NCBI GenBank assembly: GCA_047947115.1
Contig: CP170459.1
Location: forward strand, 4,192,001 to 4,256,000
Length of the DNA: 64,000 nucleotides
Source of the DNA: Verrucomicrobiota bacterium
GTDB lineage: Bacteria > Verrucomicrobiota > Verrucomicrobiia > Limisphaerales > AAA164-E04
Reading direction: 5' to 3'
The translations under genes were made by a program, and so were the position numbers. Of this stretch, positions 62,801-64,000 are shown piece by piece. The notes beneath the pieces were generated by a model. It was given only the letters and a program-made list of their open reading frames with translations. It had not been told where the DNA came from and did no database searches. The first letter of the stretch is position 1, and every line of letters starts with the position of its first letter.

Positions 62801-62901
62801 AAAACTGGACAACATGGGAATCCTACACCCGGGAAAATGTTACTCTCATCCCAGAAACATTCCGGGATAAAGAGGCTTCCTTTTACCGAGTGGGACCTTA
62901 G
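59881..62901 (+). CDS. Secreted multidomain protein: split Calx-beta, beta-propeller, PE linker, Ig, DUF11-like, C-terminal FYR domain
   Basis: AGGAG RBS before ATG 59881. Motifs TATSIEDY...TFPAG, GDKTPEPDET...TILNDD, (PE)n, PYTTQW...YLLTAIAED and IRENN. Ends SFYRVGP. Confidence 0.75.
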   Translation: MKEDKYHHTLFRSATCSVVILFQCFSSFAQVTDVNVSLKNITPQEMIEGDDGDRVIEILPQLQKSLPFPVVVGITTRPQTATSIEDYTPISKTATFPAGRIHTGLPRPESSGDALARLINIERGFGMEMLADITRPTSLAISRNQPDFEEGVYVAQTMHNNDTKPDQIFHVSFDGTSVKTFVSLLPEADPTGLDFAPLDGPFKPGLYVSSNNRDGGRPGDWGGTIQWIDSEQNIVDFTGIGTPNGPGEPGELAFGTHGWMRDLLLVVNSVGSPADILNISFDGELEPLFSDGLFDQSNAGNAFRSLAIPPEDSPFGDWVYMGEFGRDCVCIQRWHPERGLKPFVSNLEGSPHGMAFTSGSLFGNNLYVAIDLGNEGKVLRIDSNGTISEFISGLQGFLYGNGKDVLQFDEEHELLYVSDYYGHRIYRIGEEEGPLEVTIHGDKTPEPDETLLVEMNTSNNDVLLQIPVTILNDDGAIPEPEPEPEPEPELPPVIIPTLHIAFETPLNRQSFEMDFTQSPAFARIPISLNVKGTAREPTVTVFVNEQRIQTFTSPPYTTQWETEQIGEYLLTAIAEDGNGHQVTATPIRIQVAQSSGNIFIIEEARDLQSERMQAALFEMGLTGWSVHPSSISAEWLSKADLVIWKQSLRDSADHPELATTLLHAQAAGMPLYVLTDAPALNNPTPLFPLPAWTELTGIPQLDMYPAQNQTLLPALDLAHAFLQGQYGNVKDIQPQTPIYHTSAHPQFDTRILNTDADHFAMAASDPFNTSTPHQDRMVVQLFPVFPDVPSGDRSGQTSLFQNTVCWLLHCTPCENMDLALSSRNQEPDISQGNSWETEFTLQHVGECVASGVYVDFAWSDHLTATELVSETGWQEHLPHTIRLHLGTVASASRHLFVLKMKGQADQTGFVTATVHASNGEAIRENNLTWSGIAIEEPEPWLRAIMLPGDIPALILPSNLDLSKPINLQWSMDLQNWTTWESYTRENVTLIPETFRDKEASFYRVGP

Positions 62902-62939
62902 CCGTGTCTATGCACCTTATCCGCACCACCGCAGACGCG

Positions 62940-64000
62940 CATGCGCGTCAGGATAAAAATGATTATTTTTAACGATAAAGCTGTATTTTTATGTACAGTT
63001 TGCTTTCTACTTTTCCGAATGACTCTCCAACAAATCCTTGTCAGACAATATCATCTTCAGATCTTCAACACACAACAAGACCTCAACCCAAATGTTTGAC
63101 TTTACTCCCAGATTCACAAGGGGTTTCCCTGCCTCATGAATGGCACCGATGTGCCCAAACATTAACCGGTTGGTTCGCTGATTTCGATTTCCAGACACTT
63201 GCTCGCGCCACCGGCTTTGTCCTGCGAACTCCGCGAAAAATAATGCCCGAATTTTTTCTACAAGCGACTATTCTATTGGTTTGCCAAGGCACCGCAAGTT
63301 TGAGTCGATGGGCGACTTTGTTGGGAATTTTGAGCAATAATACTATTGCCAAACAGTCATTGTGGGAACGAATGAACCAGGGCGCTGTGAATTATATTCA
63401 ATGCATCCTGGCGCTAGTATTAAGCGCCAAATCCAAAGACAATGGCCGCAACGTCCCAAACAAGTTCAATCGATTTCCACGAATCCTTGTTCATGATAGC
63501 ACGACCATCAAAGTAAATTCGAAACTGGCGGCTGCTTTTCCCGGTTCGGCTAACCAAAGTGGTTCCAAAATTGCATCGCTGAAAATACAAGCCATTCAGG
63601 ATATACAAAATCAACAATTCCTCTACTTCGGGATAAGTGGATTTAGACGTAACGACCAAACCGCAACTTATGATATTTTGAAAGTCATACGTAAGGGGGA
63701 CTTAATACTCCGTGACTTGGGCTATTTCGTGATAGAATCATTCCAACAGATAGCAAACGCTGGAGCCTATTATTTGAGTCGAATCCGATTGGATATCGAA
63801 GTGAGGGACCCAGCCACAGGAGAAAAAATCGATTTACTCAAAAAACTGAAACGATTAGGAAATTTGGACTTTGATGTTTTGCTCTCAGATAAGCAGTTAC
63901 CCGTGCGATTGGTGGCCATCAAACTTCCCGATGAGATCGCGGCAGAACGGCGACGCAAAGCCAAGAGCAATCGTGATAAAAGGCGAAAGCCCAATGCCCA
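62940..64000 (+). mobile_element. IS4-family insertion sequence, copy 2 (truncated by window end), with transposase 5' part
   Basis: Near-identical to the reverse complement of ~420-1479. Starts CATGCGCGTCAGG. The frame from about 63096 encodes VHDST and RDLGYF. Confidence 0.88.

Overview
Chromosomal segment of a PVC-superphylum bacterium, most likely Verrucomicrobiota. This is inferred from a DUF1549/DUF1553 + DUF1501 pair, PVC-type CxxCH dehydrogenase-like proteins, H-X9-DG prepilin-type proteins and sulfatases. Two inverted, decaying copies of one IS4-family element bracket the window. It contains a housekeeping block (nadE, M16 peptidase, yacG, adenylate kinase-like, gmhB, hldA/rfaE1, thiG) and an ABC permease/ATPase + AAA ATPase + TAXI operon. 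Downstream of a tRNA-Ala(CGC) lies an eroded island carrying an IS4, a phage structural remnant, a fatty-acid desaturase, RNase R and an adhesin pseudogene. There are several REP-type repeats, including a 10 x 104-bp tandem array. The most system-like signal is two cassettes pairing prepilin-type (H-X9-DG) genes with large secreted repeat proteins. Four otherwise unrelated secreted proteins also share a C-terminal '...L(E/Q)x(S/A/T)x(D/S/N)(L/F/I)..WT....(F/Y)(Y/F)R' domain that looks like a sorting signal. All calls come from motif recognition by eye; no database searches were run.
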